DNA of 64,000 nucleotides from the IMG/VR virus record IMGVR_UViG_2974521131_000001, positions 19,725-83,724 of that record, one strand, 5' to 3'. The notes below the pieces were generated by a model, which worked only from the letters and a program-made list of their open reading frames with translations, made no database searches and had not been told where the DNA came from. Shown here piece after piece: positions 1 through 10,399 of this stretch. This DNA is from a virus (Duplodnaviria > Caudoviricetes). Position 1 is the first letter of the stretch. Each line of letters starts with the position of its first letter. Both the position numbers and the translations under genes were made by a program.

Positions 1-22
1 CACTGATCAGTGGCTGCCTGCG

Positions 23-2509
23 GTGCCTGGGTACGCCGACGGTGGTCTGGTCCGTGGTCCTGGTGGTCCTCGTGACGACGCCATCTTGGCGAAGGTCTCG
101 AACTACGAGCACATCACGAACGCGGATGCGGTTCGTTACTACGGCACCAAGCTGTTTGACGATCTGAACGCGAAGCGTCTGCCGCGTCTTGCGGGTGGCG
201 GTTGGCCGTTGTCGCCTGCGCCGGTCACTCCGTTTGATCCGGCACCGTTGCCGATCAACCAGGCTGCTACTCCAGCACCGCCTGTAGCGCCTCCTGCGCC
301 TGCTTTGGCACCGCCTGCGGCAACTACCGCCACTGAGCGTTTCAGCACGCCTGTGTCGCGTACAGCGCCTCTTCCGCCTACTCCTGCGCCGACGGACAAC
401 TACATTCCGCCGACCGCGAGCTACATCCCGCCAACTGGGTTGGATCTCAGCGGAAGTGGGGCACTACCGGACACCGAGTCGTCGGCACGCTCGAAGGCTC
501 CTGGCGCGACCATTCCGAACGCCAACATCCTCGGTTACCTCCAGCAGGTAGCGGGATCTCAGGGCCTAGCTATCGGCTCGGGTGCGGACACCAACCACGG
601 TGGAACGCACAACCCTGACGGTGGCCAGCACTCGATGAACCGTGCGCTGGACATCGGTAACTCGGACCAGGCGAAGAGCGGTGCCATCTCGGCGTTCGTT
701 CGCCAGTGGATGTCGGATCCGGCGAAGGTCGCGGCTACGCGCCAGCTGATCTTCAACGGACCTGACGGGCCGTACGGAATCATCAACGGTCGCATCCTGT
801 CGGGTGACGAGCTGCAGGCTGTCTACGGCGGGGATCTACCTGCCCACGGCAACCACGCTCACCTCGCACTCGAGGGTGTGCCTGCCTCGATGCAGAACGG
901 GCTACAGGGCCTCGTCACCGGCAAGAACGGCGAACTGCTCAACGGTGAGCGTCTCTCGCCGATGGAACTGGTGAAGAAGAAGTGGGACAACCTCTTCAGC
1001 CGTGAGCGCTGGGAGGCTCGCTACGCGAAGGCGTACGACCCGGCAAACGTCTTCAAGTTCCTCGGGGGACAGGCCAGTGCAGTCGGTAGCGCACTGCTGG
1101 GTATCGGATCTCAGTTCCTGTCGGGCATCACCGGCATCAACTTCGGATCGGTCCTCGGACCTCTCCAGGAGGTTGGGAACTGGGCGCTCGGCGACGACGA
1201 TGACGACTCCGAGGGTGGAGACGGTTCCGACGTAGCCGGTATGGCGCTGGACCAGTACGCCTCGGGCGCGGGTGGTATCGGCGATCCGCTGAACGCGGCG
1301 CTGGATGCCTTCAACCCAACTGGTGGTGGCGGCTCCTCGGAGACCCGCAAGTCGGTCTACAAGGCCTTCCTCGAGGCGGGGTTCCCGAACTCGGAGTGGA
1401 ACGCGCTGGACAAGCTCCTGGCTGGCGAAAGCAGCTGGGATCCAACGATCTCGAACAAGGACTCGGGTGCGTTCGGCCTGTTCCAGTTCCTCGGTCACGA
1501 GAACGACCAGTACGGCGCTCTGGGTGGCTACAGCCGTGATCCGTACCAGCAGGCCACCGCTGGCATGCGGTACATCAAGGATCGCTACGGCACTCCTTCG
1601 AACGCCTACAACAAGTGGCTGTCGCGTTCGCCGCACTGGTACGCCAAGGGTGGTATCACCGCTGGCGGCAATGCGTGGCTGTCGAACGGCGAGTACCGCA
1701 CTGGAAGTGGTGCGACGAAGTACTACGGCGCTGGACTGTTCAATGCGCTGAACTCCAAGGCGATTCCGCGTGACGCTATCCAGCGTTTCGCTGAGGGCGG
1801 TTGGCCGCTACTGCAGCCGCAGCCAGTTCCTGGCCAGACTCCTGGCCCATTGGATCTTGGGGCACCGGCACCAGCACCTGCTGGACCGGCTCCTGCCCCT
1901 GCAGCTGGAGGCGCACCAGGACCGGGGGCGACTGCTCCCGCTCCCGACCCTGGTGCCCTCCCCGCAGTCCAGGACGCCATGTCCTCCATCGGGGGACTGG
2001 GTGGTTCCATCGGCGGCGCTGGCGGAAGTGTTGGCCAGCCTGGCGCTTCGCCTACTGACGTAGGTGATCCGCGTGCTGTCTTCGGTGCTTCGCCTACGTC
2101 GAACGACCACAACAACCCGGCGTTGAGTGGCGCGATCCAGGGTGCTGCAGGTGCCATCGGTGGCCTGGCTGGAATGGCCGCGTCGATGGGTCTCACCACT
2201 GTTGGTGGGCCTGCAGCTGGCGGTGCTGGTGGAGCTGGCATCCAGGCTGGTGCCCAGATCGCAGGATCGGCCATCACTGGTGGCCTGAACATCCTGTCGT
2301 CGCTCCTGGTGGGAACTGCTACGAGCGGTTCGACCCAGAGTGCTTCTGGCGTACCGCTTCTGCCTGATCGCCAGCAGATGCAGACGGGTGTGCCGCAGAT
2401 CAACGCGGTCGACAACCGCCAGTACCACGTCACCAACCTTGACGAGTTCAAGCGGGTCCAGGCGACCTCGGACGCTCAGGCCGCTATGCCATTCATCGGG
2501 AAGTACTAA
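23..2509 (+). CDS. Tape measure protein, C-terminal part (5' end lies outside the window), with M15-like peptidase and SLT-like domains
   Basis: Long Ala/Gly/Pro-rich ORF directly before distal tail gene; HX6D..H motif (QHSMNRALD..HGNHAH); SLT-like segment (ESSWDP..GAFGLFQF..AGMRYIKDRYG). Confidence 0.88.
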   Translation: MPGYADGGLVRGPGGPRDDAILAKVSNYEHITNADAVRYYGTKLFDDLNAKRLPRLAGGGWPLSPAPVTPFDPAPLPINQAATPAPPVAPPAPALAPPAATTATERFSTPVSRTAPLPPTPAPTDNYIPPTASYIPPTGLDLSGSGALPDTESSARSKAPGATIPNANILGYLQQVAGSQGLAIGSGADTNHGGTHNPDGGQHSMNRALDIGNSDQAKSGAISAFVRQWMSDPAKVAATRQLIFNGPDGPYGIINGRILSGDELQAVYGGDLPAHGNHAHLALEGVPASMQNGLQGLVTGKNGELLNGERLSPMELVKKKWDNLFSRERWEARYAKAYDPANVFKFLGGQASAVGSALLGIGSQFLSGITGINFGSVLGPLQEVGNWALGDDDDDSEGGDGSDVAGMALDQYASGAGGIGDPLNAALDAFNPTGGGGSSETRKSVYKAFLEAGFPNSEWNALDKLLAGESSWDPTISNKDSGAFGLFQFLGHENDQYGALGGYSRDPYQQATAGMRYIKDRYGTPSNAYNKWLSRSPHWYAKGGITAGGNAWLSNGEYRTGSGATKYYGAGLFNALNSKAIPRDAIQRFAEGGWPLLQPQPVPGQTPGPLDLGAPAPAPAGPAPAPAAGGAPGPGATAPAPDPGALPAVQDAMSSIGGLGGSIGGAGGSVGQPGASPTDVGDPRAVFGASPTSNDHNNPALSGAIQGAAGAIGGLAGMAASMGLTTVGGPAAGGAGGAGIQAGAQIAGSAITGGLNILSSLLVGTATSGSTQSASGVPLLPDRQQMQTGVPQINAVDNRQYHVTNLDEFKRVQATSDAQAAMPFIGKY

Positions 2510-3420
2510 TGGACACAATGGATTACACCGCGAAGATTGAGATCTTCGGGGTACACGGTGAGTACTTCTGCGTGTCCGGTCCCGGCAAGGGTGAGCAGGG
2601 CGTCGAGCTGATGCCGAAGCTCAAGGGAATGATCGACGCACCTGTGAAGTCGCTCTGGCTTCCAGGTGCGTACGGTCAGACCTTCGTTGACTTCCGTTGG
2701 GAGCGACGAGATGTGGTCTTCACCGTCAACATCTTCGCCGACGACGGCCACCCTGAGACGTGGCGCACCATCGATTCCCGCTGGCGTTTCGCATTCGATT
2801 ACGTCAAGGAAGCTCGGATCCGCTTCACCACCTCGGACGGCTGGCGTGAGCTGAAGGTCCGTCTCCTGGAGGAGCCGCAGGCCTACGACTCGGGCGACTG
2901 GGAGGGCAAGGATCCCGCCCTGTACGCCTGCAGCACTGTCGTGATGACGCTGGCCGCTGAGCTGCCGTTCTTCGTTGGGCCATCGGACTTCTACGAGTTC
3001 GACGGGTCTACTGCCAGTGCGCGTAAGACCTTCAAGCTCAACGTCGACTGCGACGTGCCGGTGTGGCCGAAGTGGACTCTCACCGACCGGGCGCGGTGGC
3101 GTCTGCCCGACTTCTCCTGGGGCAACCAGGAATACGGGCGCGGCATCGAGGACTCGGGACGCACTGTCGTCCTGCCATACCTGCCGAAGGGCGCTGGCTG
3201 CGTGGCTAATTCGGATCCACGCGTCCAGACCTTGCTGGCCAAGAACAAGATCCACCTTCAGGGCCTATGGAAGGGCCAGGACTTGCTATACCCAATCGCG
3301 GGTGGCACCTACAGCCGGATCCCCGTTGCCGTCAAGGACGCTACGGGTGGTTTCGCTGCACGCCTTGAGGTTCCGAAGTGGTACACGCGTCCGTGGAGCC
3401 GACCAGTGGGGGCGATCTGA
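2509..3420 (+). CDS. Minor tail protein (distal tail, Dit-like)
   Basis: First gene after TMP; stop/start overlap; typical mycobacteriophage Dit size and sequence style. Confidence 0.8.
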   Translation: MDTMDYTAKIEIFGVHGEYFCVSGPGKGEQGVELMPKLKGMIDAPVKSLWLPGAYGQTFVDFRWERRDVVFTVNIFADDGHPETWRTIDSRWRFAFDYVKEARIRFTTSDGWRELKVRLLEEPQAYDSGDWEGKDPALYACSTVVMTLAAELPFFVGPSDFYEFDGSTASARKTFKLNVDCDVPVWPKWTLTDRARWRLPDFSWGNQEYGRGIEDSGRTVVLPYLPKGAGCVANSDPRVQTLLAKNKIHLQGLWKGQDLLYPIAGGTYSRIPVAVKDATGGFAARLEVPKWYTRPWSRPVGAI

Positions 3421-5159
3421 TGACTGCACCTGTACTGGACCGCATCGCGGAGCTGGACCACATCGAGACCGAAGTTGAGTCGTACCGCGACCAGCTGATG
3501 TGGATGCGTATGGCGAAGCCGATGATCACGTTCTACCGCAACCCTGATGACGGGTCGGAAGGGCTTGAGTACTACGGTCGTGTCGCCTACCAGGACACGA
3601 TCAAGGCCTCGTTCCCATTCAAGAAGAACGTCAGCGCTCAGGGTGTGCTTGAGCTGCGCTTCGACCACTACATCTCAGAGTGGTTGCGCGATGTGCCGGA
3701 TGACCCGATGGCGAAGAAGAACATCGTCATCCGCGTCGACTTCTTCGGTGGGAAGCTGCGCTGGACCGGTCTGCTGCATCACCACGCGAAGAAGATGCGT
3801 GACGGCATGGCGTACATGGAGTTCACGTTCAACGATGACCTCCAGTTCCTCCAGTTCCTTTTGGGGCCACCGAATCCCGCGCTTCCGATCCCGGTCTTCC
3901 AGTGGCCTCGAGTGCTGCCAATTCTGGGTCCGGCCAAGTGGGCGTGCTCAATCATGGTGCTACTCAACCTGATTCGCGTTCAGGGGCACTTGTGGACGCT
4001 GCCAGACGATCCATTTGATCTTAGCCAGTGGTTGTCGATCTTGCCAACTGAATGGGAGAACTGGCAGGTACACATCAAGTGCAATCCACTTGCGCTGGAT
4101 GACAGTTCGCTGTGGACGGTGCTCGGCACCCGCATGAACCCCATCGACGCGGTGCTGGCAGATGCGCTCGAGGATGCGCAGCTGACGATCCGCTGGCGTC
4201 GAATCTTCTCCGACGAGGGTGAGTCGGAGACTGGTCTGCTGTTCGTTGAGACTGTCGCGAACGGTGCTCTTGTATTCGAGATCGTTGACGACAGTGGGTA
4301 CTTCAATCCACTGCTGGGCGGCACCTTCCTGGGTGGAACCATCATGGACGGCATGGTCCGCTCGGTGGCCGTGTACGTCGGCGGATTCATCGAGGACACC
4401 GCGTCCGTACTGACTGACGACGAGACCTACCACCCTGACGAGTACTACGGGAGCGGGTGGCTTGCCACCTTGGCGCAAATGCCGTGGTTGGTCATCAGGG
4501 ACAGCAGCTGGTCTCCAGTGGAAACGTCGGAGCTGACGTGGAGCCCAGCCACTGCTGTGAGCGTCATCGTTGGTGGCGACAACCCTGCCGCAGATGCCAT
4601 CGCTCGGCTAATCATCGAGACCACAGGAAATATCCTCGGTTACTTCCTGATGGGGGGCTTCTCCTCGGCGGGAACCATTGCAGCAGACGTGATTATGCCA
4701 TTTTTGCAGGGCACGATTGCGGCGTGGCTGGAGTGGAAGAACACCGGTCGAGCAAAGAACCTGGGTTGGGTTCACCTGTGGGAGCTGTACCAGCAGGGTG
4801 CCGAGAACAACAGCTGGTCGCTGTCGGCTCTCGCTGCGCTGCGTGGCGGCTTCCTGGCGTCGAAGTCGGAGACCAGCCACACCCTGTCGCTTCGCGGCAA
4901 CTCGTGGATCATCCCCGGCGCTCACTTCACCATCGGTTCGCGTATCGGCTCGACCGCTCGCGGCTACAAGAACAAGATCTTCGTCGCGCAGTGCGAGGAG
5001 ATCATCTGCAGCTGGGATCACGGTGGGAACACGCCACTTTCGGTGCAAGTGAAGATCGGCCAGAACAAGGCGGCGATGTCGGTTGGCGAACGTCTTGCAC
5101 GGCTAACCAAGAAGATTAGGGACATCTTGAACAACATCGGTGTTCACCTGGTCAGCTAA
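3420..5159 (+). CDS. Minor tail protein (baseplate hub, L5 gp28-like)
   Basis: Synteny; PPNPALPIPVFQWPR and GGDNP motifs; ATG at 3420 overlaps upstream TGA. Confidence 0.8.
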   Translation: MTAPVLDRIAELDHIETEVESYRDQLMWMRMAKPMITFYRNPDDGSEGLEYYGRVAYQDTIKASFPFKKNVSAQGVLELRFDHYISEWLRDVPDDPMAKKNIVIRVDFFGGKLRWTGLLHHHAKKMRDGMAYMEFTFNDDLQFLQFLLGPPNPALPIPVFQWPRVLPILGPAKWACSIMVLLNLIRVQGHLWTLPDDPFDLSQWLSILPTEWENWQVHIKCNPLALDDSSLWTVLGTRMNPIDAVLADALEDAQLTIRWRRIFSDEGESETGLLFVETVANGALVFEIVDDSGYFNPLLGGTFLGGTIMDGMVRSVAVYVGGFIEDTASVLTDDETYHPDEYYGSGWLATLAQMPWLVIRDSSWSPVETSELTWSPATAVSVIVGGDNPAADAIARLIIETTGNILGYFLMGGFSSAGTIAADVIMPFLQGTIAAWLEWKNTGRAKNLGWVHLWELYQQGAENNSWSLSALAALRGGFLASKSETSHTLSLRGNSWIIPGAHFTIGSRIGSTARGYKNKIFVAQCEEIICSWDHGGNTPLSVQVKIGQNKAAMSVGERLARLTKKIRDILNNIGVHLVS

Positions 5160-5211
5160 CTAGGTGCTCTAACTTCCATGGGATAATGGGAGGTAGTGGA
5201 TAGGAGCAGCT

Positions 5212-5667
5212 ATGCCACCTTTGAATGTCCACGCCCCAGATCCTGACTCCCCGAAGGGGATGGCTTTTGTGCTGGGTGCGGGAATGGTGGATCCCCGACC
5301 GGGAAACAACCCCAACCAGCCGATGGCAATCGTTCAATCATGGGAACCCACAAGCGAATTGTGGTACGCCCTCGGACTGCGGTACCACCCCGAACTGGCC
5401 ACCAAGTGGCTGGTCGGCGGTGGGCAGTTCGAGTGCGCCCAGATCGTTGACGAGAAGCCCGACGAGCCCGAGATGACTCTGGAGCAGGGTGCCGAAGAGG
5501 TGCTCGAGTTCATCGCAGCTGAGCACCCAGAGCATGCCGAGGTTCTTCGGCAGATTCACGCGGCGGGCACCGAGAAGGAGCGCATCAAGTTGGTGCGCCA
5601 GTACGACGCCGAGATCAAACGCATGTTGACGCTGATCAAGTACATCAGCACCAAGCCCCAGGAGTAG
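5212..5667 (+). CDS. Minor tail protein (gp29/DUF2744-like)
   Basis: Synteny; WYALGLRYHPELATKW motif; GGAG RBS. Confidence 0.7.
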   Translation: MPPLNVHAPDPDSPKGMAFVLGAGMVDPRPGNNPNQPMAIVQSWEPTSELWYALGLRYHPELATKWLVGGGQFECAQIVDEKPDEPEMTLEQGAEEVLEFIAAEHPEHAEVLRQIHAAGTEKERIKLVRQYDAEIKRMLTLIKYISTKPQE

Positions 5668-5670
5668 CCG

Positions 5671-8352
5671 GTGACTTACCCAGTCGAAGCTGGCGACGAT
5701 GGCTACAACATCGACGGCTGGGACGGACCTGTTGTCGGAGCGGGACTTTCGAATCTGTCTGCCCGCACCGAGGACGCCATCAAGGCGATGCTTCAGGATC
5801 GGGTCAACAACAACTCGACCCTGAAGGACTTCTCGGACAAGGTGTTCGAGGGTGTCGACGCCACGCTAGGTGTGGTGCTCGGCCCCCTGATGGCGCTGGT
5901 ACACAGGATGTTCCCGCACATCGATCTGTCGGGAATCACCACTACCAGCGGCCTCCTGGCTCTGGTGCAGAAGGTTCCCGGCCTTGGTGACCTCGTTGAG
6001 CTGATCACGGGCATTGAGGACGGTGACGAGAACGATCTCGGCACCTACTTCCTGAACATCCGCCGCTTCTTCGAGGCGGTCGACTTCACTGATCCCGACT
6101 TCGATCCGGCTGCCGCAGCAAAGCAGTTCACCGAGATCGTGGTGAAGCCGTTCATCGACGCGCTCACTGGGCTGATCGGTGGCGAGTGGCTGCCTGAGAT
6201 CCCCGTGGGTCACATCGGCCTGGGTATGCCGAACCTGGTTGTCAACGGCGCGTTCAACGCTGAGGTCTCCATGGCTGAGGTGGACGGCTGGGACTGGGAC
6301 GGCACCGTCGACCACACCGGCACCGAGGGTTCGGGGTCGGCCATGTGTGTTGCTGACGGCACCCTCAAGAAGCTCTACACCGAGAAGATCGGTGTCTCCA
6401 AGGATCAGAAGCTCGACGCGTCCGTGTACGTGATGTACGCCGGGGCGACCTCGGGCGCGATCCAGGTGCAGCTGGCCTACTACAACGGCGATACCCCTGG
6501 CCCTGTTGTGGTGCTGGGATCGATCTCTCCCTCCGGTTCTGCCGGGTGGACGAAGATCGGCGGCACTCACACCGTCCCCGACAACGTCGACAGCGTGGCC
6601 GTGGTGCTCGTTGTGTCTGCTGCTGTTACTGCGGGCGTAATTCATTTCGATGACGCGGACATCCATAAGACCGGCCTATTGCCGCAGATGCTTGTGGATG
6701 GATTGGTCCAGGCCCTCACTGACCTACTGAGCTGGCTCGAGTCGCTAGTCGACAATGTCCTGGCGGCATTGGGAATTGACGTTTCCGGCTCGCTGGTTGA
6801 GCGCATTGGCCATCTCGCTGATGAATTCGGCGATTGGCTTTCTTCGACTGAGAGCACTGCCGCCGATTTGTTGAATCTGGTCGGCAAGCTATTGACCGAT
6901 CCCGGTTCGGTTATCGGCCCATTGGCGCAGTCGATGATCACTGGTCTGGGAACTGCGCTGGGCAATTTGAACACGGCGATCAACCAGATCGGTGACGTGC
7001 TTATTGGCAATGTAGTGACGCCAATCAGCACTGCCATTGGCAATGTCGTGGACTGGTTCAACAGCCTGGTGAATTTCCAGAACACCACTACGTCGAATCA
7101 GGTCAACCAGCAGAACTTCCAGATCGCTGCGCTGACGCAGGGTTACCGCAACCCGACGTGGGTGTGCCGCTACTCGATTGGTGACGTGACCTACCCCGAG
7201 GTCATGAACATGAGCCAGTCGGTGTCGGGTGTTACCGGCGCACAGTCGGCGGGCACTGCTCACACGCACCCCATCGACTCGAATGATGTTGAGGCGTTCG
7301 CCGCGCCATGGCGCATCTCGCAGAACGCTGCACGCCTCGCACGCATCACTGCGTCGAACACCACGGTGTGGGACACCATCGGCGTCACCTTGAACAAGGA
7401 CAACGGTGTTCTGAACAACGTCTACCTCGAGTTGTTCCGTGAAGACGCGGCTGGCGCACTCACGCTGGTGTCTTCGGCGGAAGTATCCGCGCAGATCAAC
7501 GACTATGACGTGGACATTTACGTCGAGGCGACTCTGCCTGGCGTCATCGCCCAGGAGGGCGAGATGTACTGGGTGCGGGTTCGCAACAGTTCAACCACGA
7601 CCACTGGGCTTTGGGTTCGTGCGATGTCGTGGCGCGACGGCTTGGCCAACACGTGCGGCTACGCGGACAGCACTCTGGCGACGAAGACTTCGTACACGGC
7701 AGCAGAGCTTGTGTCGATGACGACGAATGGTTCGTCGTTCCCGATGATGTGGGCGCTCGTTGCGACGAAGAATCAGGCGGGCAACGACCAGACACACACC
7801 GACGACTACAACCGTGGAACGCTCGGCTCGCTGTGGTTCCTGAAGTCGGACACCGCCACCAACCAGATCACGATCTCGGGTAACCGCGCTTCGTTCTCCG
7901 GTCTCACTGACGGCTCACAGAACGCGCTCTACATTCGCCCGACTGGCGGGGACAGGATCCTCGTTGAAGGAACGCTTTACGAGACCACGGTCGCCGTAAC
8001 TGGCCCGCGTTGTGGCCTGCTGCTGAATTGCTCGCGTGACCTGAGCCAGGTTGTTTATCTGGGCGTCAACCTGAATACCGCGAAGATCTACACCGGCCCT
8101 TACAACTCGCTCACTGAGCGGGCCTCGGTTGCTTCTGTGCTGAATGACACGACATGGCAGCTGTATTACGACCCGGCCACCGGCACGTACTACGTACGAA
8201 AGAACGGGCAGGACATCGGCCTGAGTTGGGCTGACACCGGATCGCTTATGAAGCATGGCCCGAACTTCCGATATGGCGGAATTCGGATTAGTCGGTCGAC
8301 CGCATTCAACGCGGGCCGAATCGACAACTGGACTCTGAAGGATTGGTCGTGA
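5671..8352 (+). CDS. Large minor tail protein (CBM-like middle region, probable receptor-binding region)
   Basis: 893 aa in tail module; NLVVNGAFN..W.WDG motif. Confidence 0.8.
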   Translation: MTYPVEAGDDGYNIDGWDGPVVGAGLSNLSARTEDAIKAMLQDRVNNNSTLKDFSDKVFEGVDATLGVVLGPLMALVHRMFPHIDLSGITTTSGLLALVQKVPGLGDLVELITGIEDGDENDLGTYFLNIRRFFEAVDFTDPDFDPAAAAKQFTEIVVKPFIDALTGLIGGEWLPEIPVGHIGLGMPNLVVNGAFNAEVSMAEVDGWDWDGTVDHTGTEGSGSAMCVADGTLKKLYTEKIGVSKDQKLDASVYVMYAGATSGAIQVQLAYYNGDTPGPVVVLGSISPSGSAGWTKIGGTHTVPDNVDSVAVVLVVSAAVTAGVIHFDDADIHKTGLLPQMLVDGLVQALTDLLSWLESLVDNVLAALGIDVSGSLVERIGHLADEFGDWLSSTESTAADLLNLVGKLLTDPGSVIGPLAQSMITGLGTALGNLNTAINQIGDVLIGNVVTPISTAIGNVVDWFNSLVNFQNTTTSNQVNQQNFQIAALTQGYRNPTWVCRYSIGDVTYPEVMNMSQSVSGVTGAQSAGTAHTHPIDSNDVEAFAAPWRISQNAARLARITASNTTVWDTIGVTLNKDNGVLNNVYLELFREDAAGALTLVSSAEVSAQINDYDVDIYVEATLPGVIAQEGEMYWVRVRNSSTTTTGLWVRAMSWRDGLANTCGYADSTLATKTSYTAAELVSMTTNGSSFPMMWALVATKNQAGNDQTHTDDYNRGTLGSLWFLKSDTATNQITISGNRASFSGLTDGSQNALYIRPTGGDRILVEGTLYETTVAVTGPRCGLLLNCSRDLSQVVYLGVNLNTAKIYTGPYNSLTERASVASVLNDTTWQLYYDPATGTYYVRKNGQDIGLSWADTGSLMKHGPNFRYGGIRISRSTAFNAGRIDNWTLKDWS

Positions 8353-9431
8353 GTTGGGGTGCCACGCCTGCCAATCCCGTTAAGCGGAATCTCCCCAGCT
8401 GGTTCGACTCGCCACTGAGCCGGGTGCCGGATCCGGCGCAGAGCTGGTGGGCGCACATCTCCCGCGAGATGAGCCTGTCGGTGACTCCGATCATCGGTAT
8501 GTCGGCCATGTCGCGGCGGGCTGCGGAGCTTGGCCTGGTCATCGTTCCCCAGATCGGGATGGACGCACGCGGTGTGTCGGTTGCCGAGTTCGGCCTGGTG
8601 GTCAACCCGGTTATCGGTATGGAGCCTCCTGCTCCGATCCCTGCGGACCTGCGGATCTCGCTGTCGCCGTCGGTAGCTATGTCGGCCAACGAGCACTACG
8701 CCCGTGCCCTGCAGATCGCCACGACTCCTGGTCTCGGGTTCGCTGCAGCAGAACGCTACGCACGGACGTTCGGCATCACGATCACTCCGCAGATCGGTGC
8801 GACTGCCGGTCAGCATTACCCGGCTTCGTTCACCGCCGAGGCGATCCCGTCTCTGGGATTCGGTGCGAACCTGCGTCACGCTCCAGAGCTGACGACGATG
8901 CCTGGACCGGTCATCCTGGGGACGTACACGATCCCGTGGTGGGCAACGCATGTCGACGTTGTCCTCATCGGCGGTGGCAGTGGTGGATCGGGTGCGACGA
9001 TCCTCGCGAACTCCAAGGGTGGCCTTCCTGGTCAGTGGGCGTGGGCCACGGTTGCCCTGGCCAGCTATCCAGGGCTGACGAGCGTCAGCGTCACCGTTGG
9101 TGGCGGCGGAAACGCAGGTACCACGGTCACGAACGCCGGTCCTGGTGGCATCACTTCCGTCATCTCGGGATCAACCACATTCCTGTCTGCGAATGGCGGG
9201 GCGTCTCCCGGCATCGGTACCGGCGACACCACCGGACAGGCACCCACTACAGGTAACACCAACGGCGGCAAGGACGTAACGCTCAACGGCCAGCTCTATG
9301 TGGGCGGTGCAGCGACCACTACCGGAGTCGGCAATCCACCTGGTGGTGGCGGTCGAGCGGCTTCCGGCTCGTTCTCGAGCGGTTACAAGGGCGGCGACGG
9401 CTGCGCCTTCTTCTACGCGTACAGGGTTTAA
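8349..9431 (+). CDS. Minor tail protein, glycine-rich C-terminus
   Basis: VDVVLIGGGSGG..GNPPGGGG motifs; GTG at 8349 overlaps upstream stop. Confidence 0.75.
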   Translation: MSWGATPANPVKRNLPSWFDSPLSRVPDPAQSWWAHISREMSLSVTPIIGMSAMSRRAAELGLVIVPQIGMDARGVSVAEFGLVVNPVIGMEPPAPIPADLRISLSPSVAMSANEHYARALQIATTPGLGFAAAERYARTFGITITPQIGATAGQHYPASFTAEAIPSLGFGANLRHAPELTTMPGPVILGTYTIPWWATHVDVVLIGGGSGGSGATILANSKGGLPGQWAWATVALASYPGLTSVSVTVGGGGNAGTTVTNAGPGGITSVISGSTTFLSANGGASPGIGTGDTTGQAPTTGNTNGGKDVTLNGQLYVGGAATTTGVGNPPGGGGRAASGSFSSGYKGGDGCAFFYAYRV

Positions 9432-9445
9432 CGAAAGGCTGAAAC

Positions 9446-9790
9446 ATGGGTATTGCCAACCCAACTCACCAGGCGGCATCGAATGCGATTGCTGCGTTGG
9501 GGGCATGGATCTCGGTACACACCGGGGCTGGTGGCGGAACGAACGGTGCGAACGAGGCCACTGGTGGTGGCTATGCACGCAAGCTGACCACCTGGACCCC
9601 AGGCACGACTGGCACGAATGCTGGCGCTGTCGTGAACATCCCGGTCGCGGCTGGCACGTACACCGAGGGTGGCATCTGGTCGGCAGCGACTGGTGGCAAC
9701 TTCGTCGGGTCCGGTGCATTCACTGGCGGCAACGTAATCGTCAGTGGTGCGGGCGCTTCCATCGACATCACTCCGAACATCGCAGCGTGA
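9446..9790 (+). CDS. Minor tail protein
   Basis: ISVHTG..GANEATGGGYARK motif typical of small tail proteins; AAAGG RBS. Confidence 0.7.
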   Translation: MGIANPTHQAASNAIAALGAWISVHTGAGGGTNGANEATGGGYARKLTTWTPGTTGTNAGAVVNIPVAAGTYTEGGIWSAATGGNFVGSGAFTGGNVIVSGAGASIDITPNIAA

Positions 9791-9799
9791 GAGGCGCAC

Positions 9800-10060
9800 A
9801 TGTACCACGTACAAACTGATCACCAGGTCGTCGGCTTCGGTGTTGATCACATGAAGTTGTTCGACGCCCGAACTGGGGAGCCTCTCGTCTCGACCACTCG
9901 CGTCGATGGCGTGTGGACCGTTGAAGCTATTGGCGTTCCGAACGTAACGGCAGAGGATCGCCCCGGCGCATTGACGGCGATGACTGAGCAGGCACTCGCA
10001 TCTCTCGGCGGCACTGGCTACTCGACGCTGATCCCTCACGAGCTGTGGGAGATGGACTGA
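9800..10060 (+). CDS. Hypothetical protein (tail region)
   Basis: GAGG RBS, high GC3, tight packing. Confidence 0.6.
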   Translation: MYHVQTDHQVVGFGVDHMKLFDARTGEPLVSTTRVDGVWTVEAIGVPNVTAEDRPGALTAMTEQALASLGGTGYSTLIPHELWEMD

Positions 10061-10377
10061 TGTGGCCTGAACTGTTCGGAATGTTCGGCGGCATCGCTGG
10101 CACGGGTGGCCTCGCTGTCGTCATGTGGCAGAGCGTATTCCGTCCGAAGGTACCTCAGATCACGGAGACCGAAGCGGTCCAGAAGCTGTCGGCGGCGATC
10201 CGTGAGGAGATCCGCAAGGAGAACGCGGAGCTGAGGAAGCGCATGGAGGTCGTGGTGACGGCGGTCGTCGGCCTGGTGGACCTGCTGGACGACTTGTTCC
10301 CGAAGATCACCGGTTTGACCGACGAAGAGCGAATTGCATTGCGCCACAAGATCAACCTCGCCAAGTTGACGACTTGA
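10060..10377 (+). CDS. Membrane protein with N-terminal TM helix
   Basis: Hydrophobic N-terminus plus helical tail; start overlaps upstream TGA. Confidence 0.6.
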   Translation: MWPELFGMFGGIAGTGGLAVVMWQSVFRPKVPQITETEAVQKLSAAIREEIRKENAELRKRMEVVVTAVVGLVDLLDDLFPKITGLTDEERIALRHKINLAKLTT

Positions 10378-10399
10378 CGTACAATTGAAAGAGGACTAG

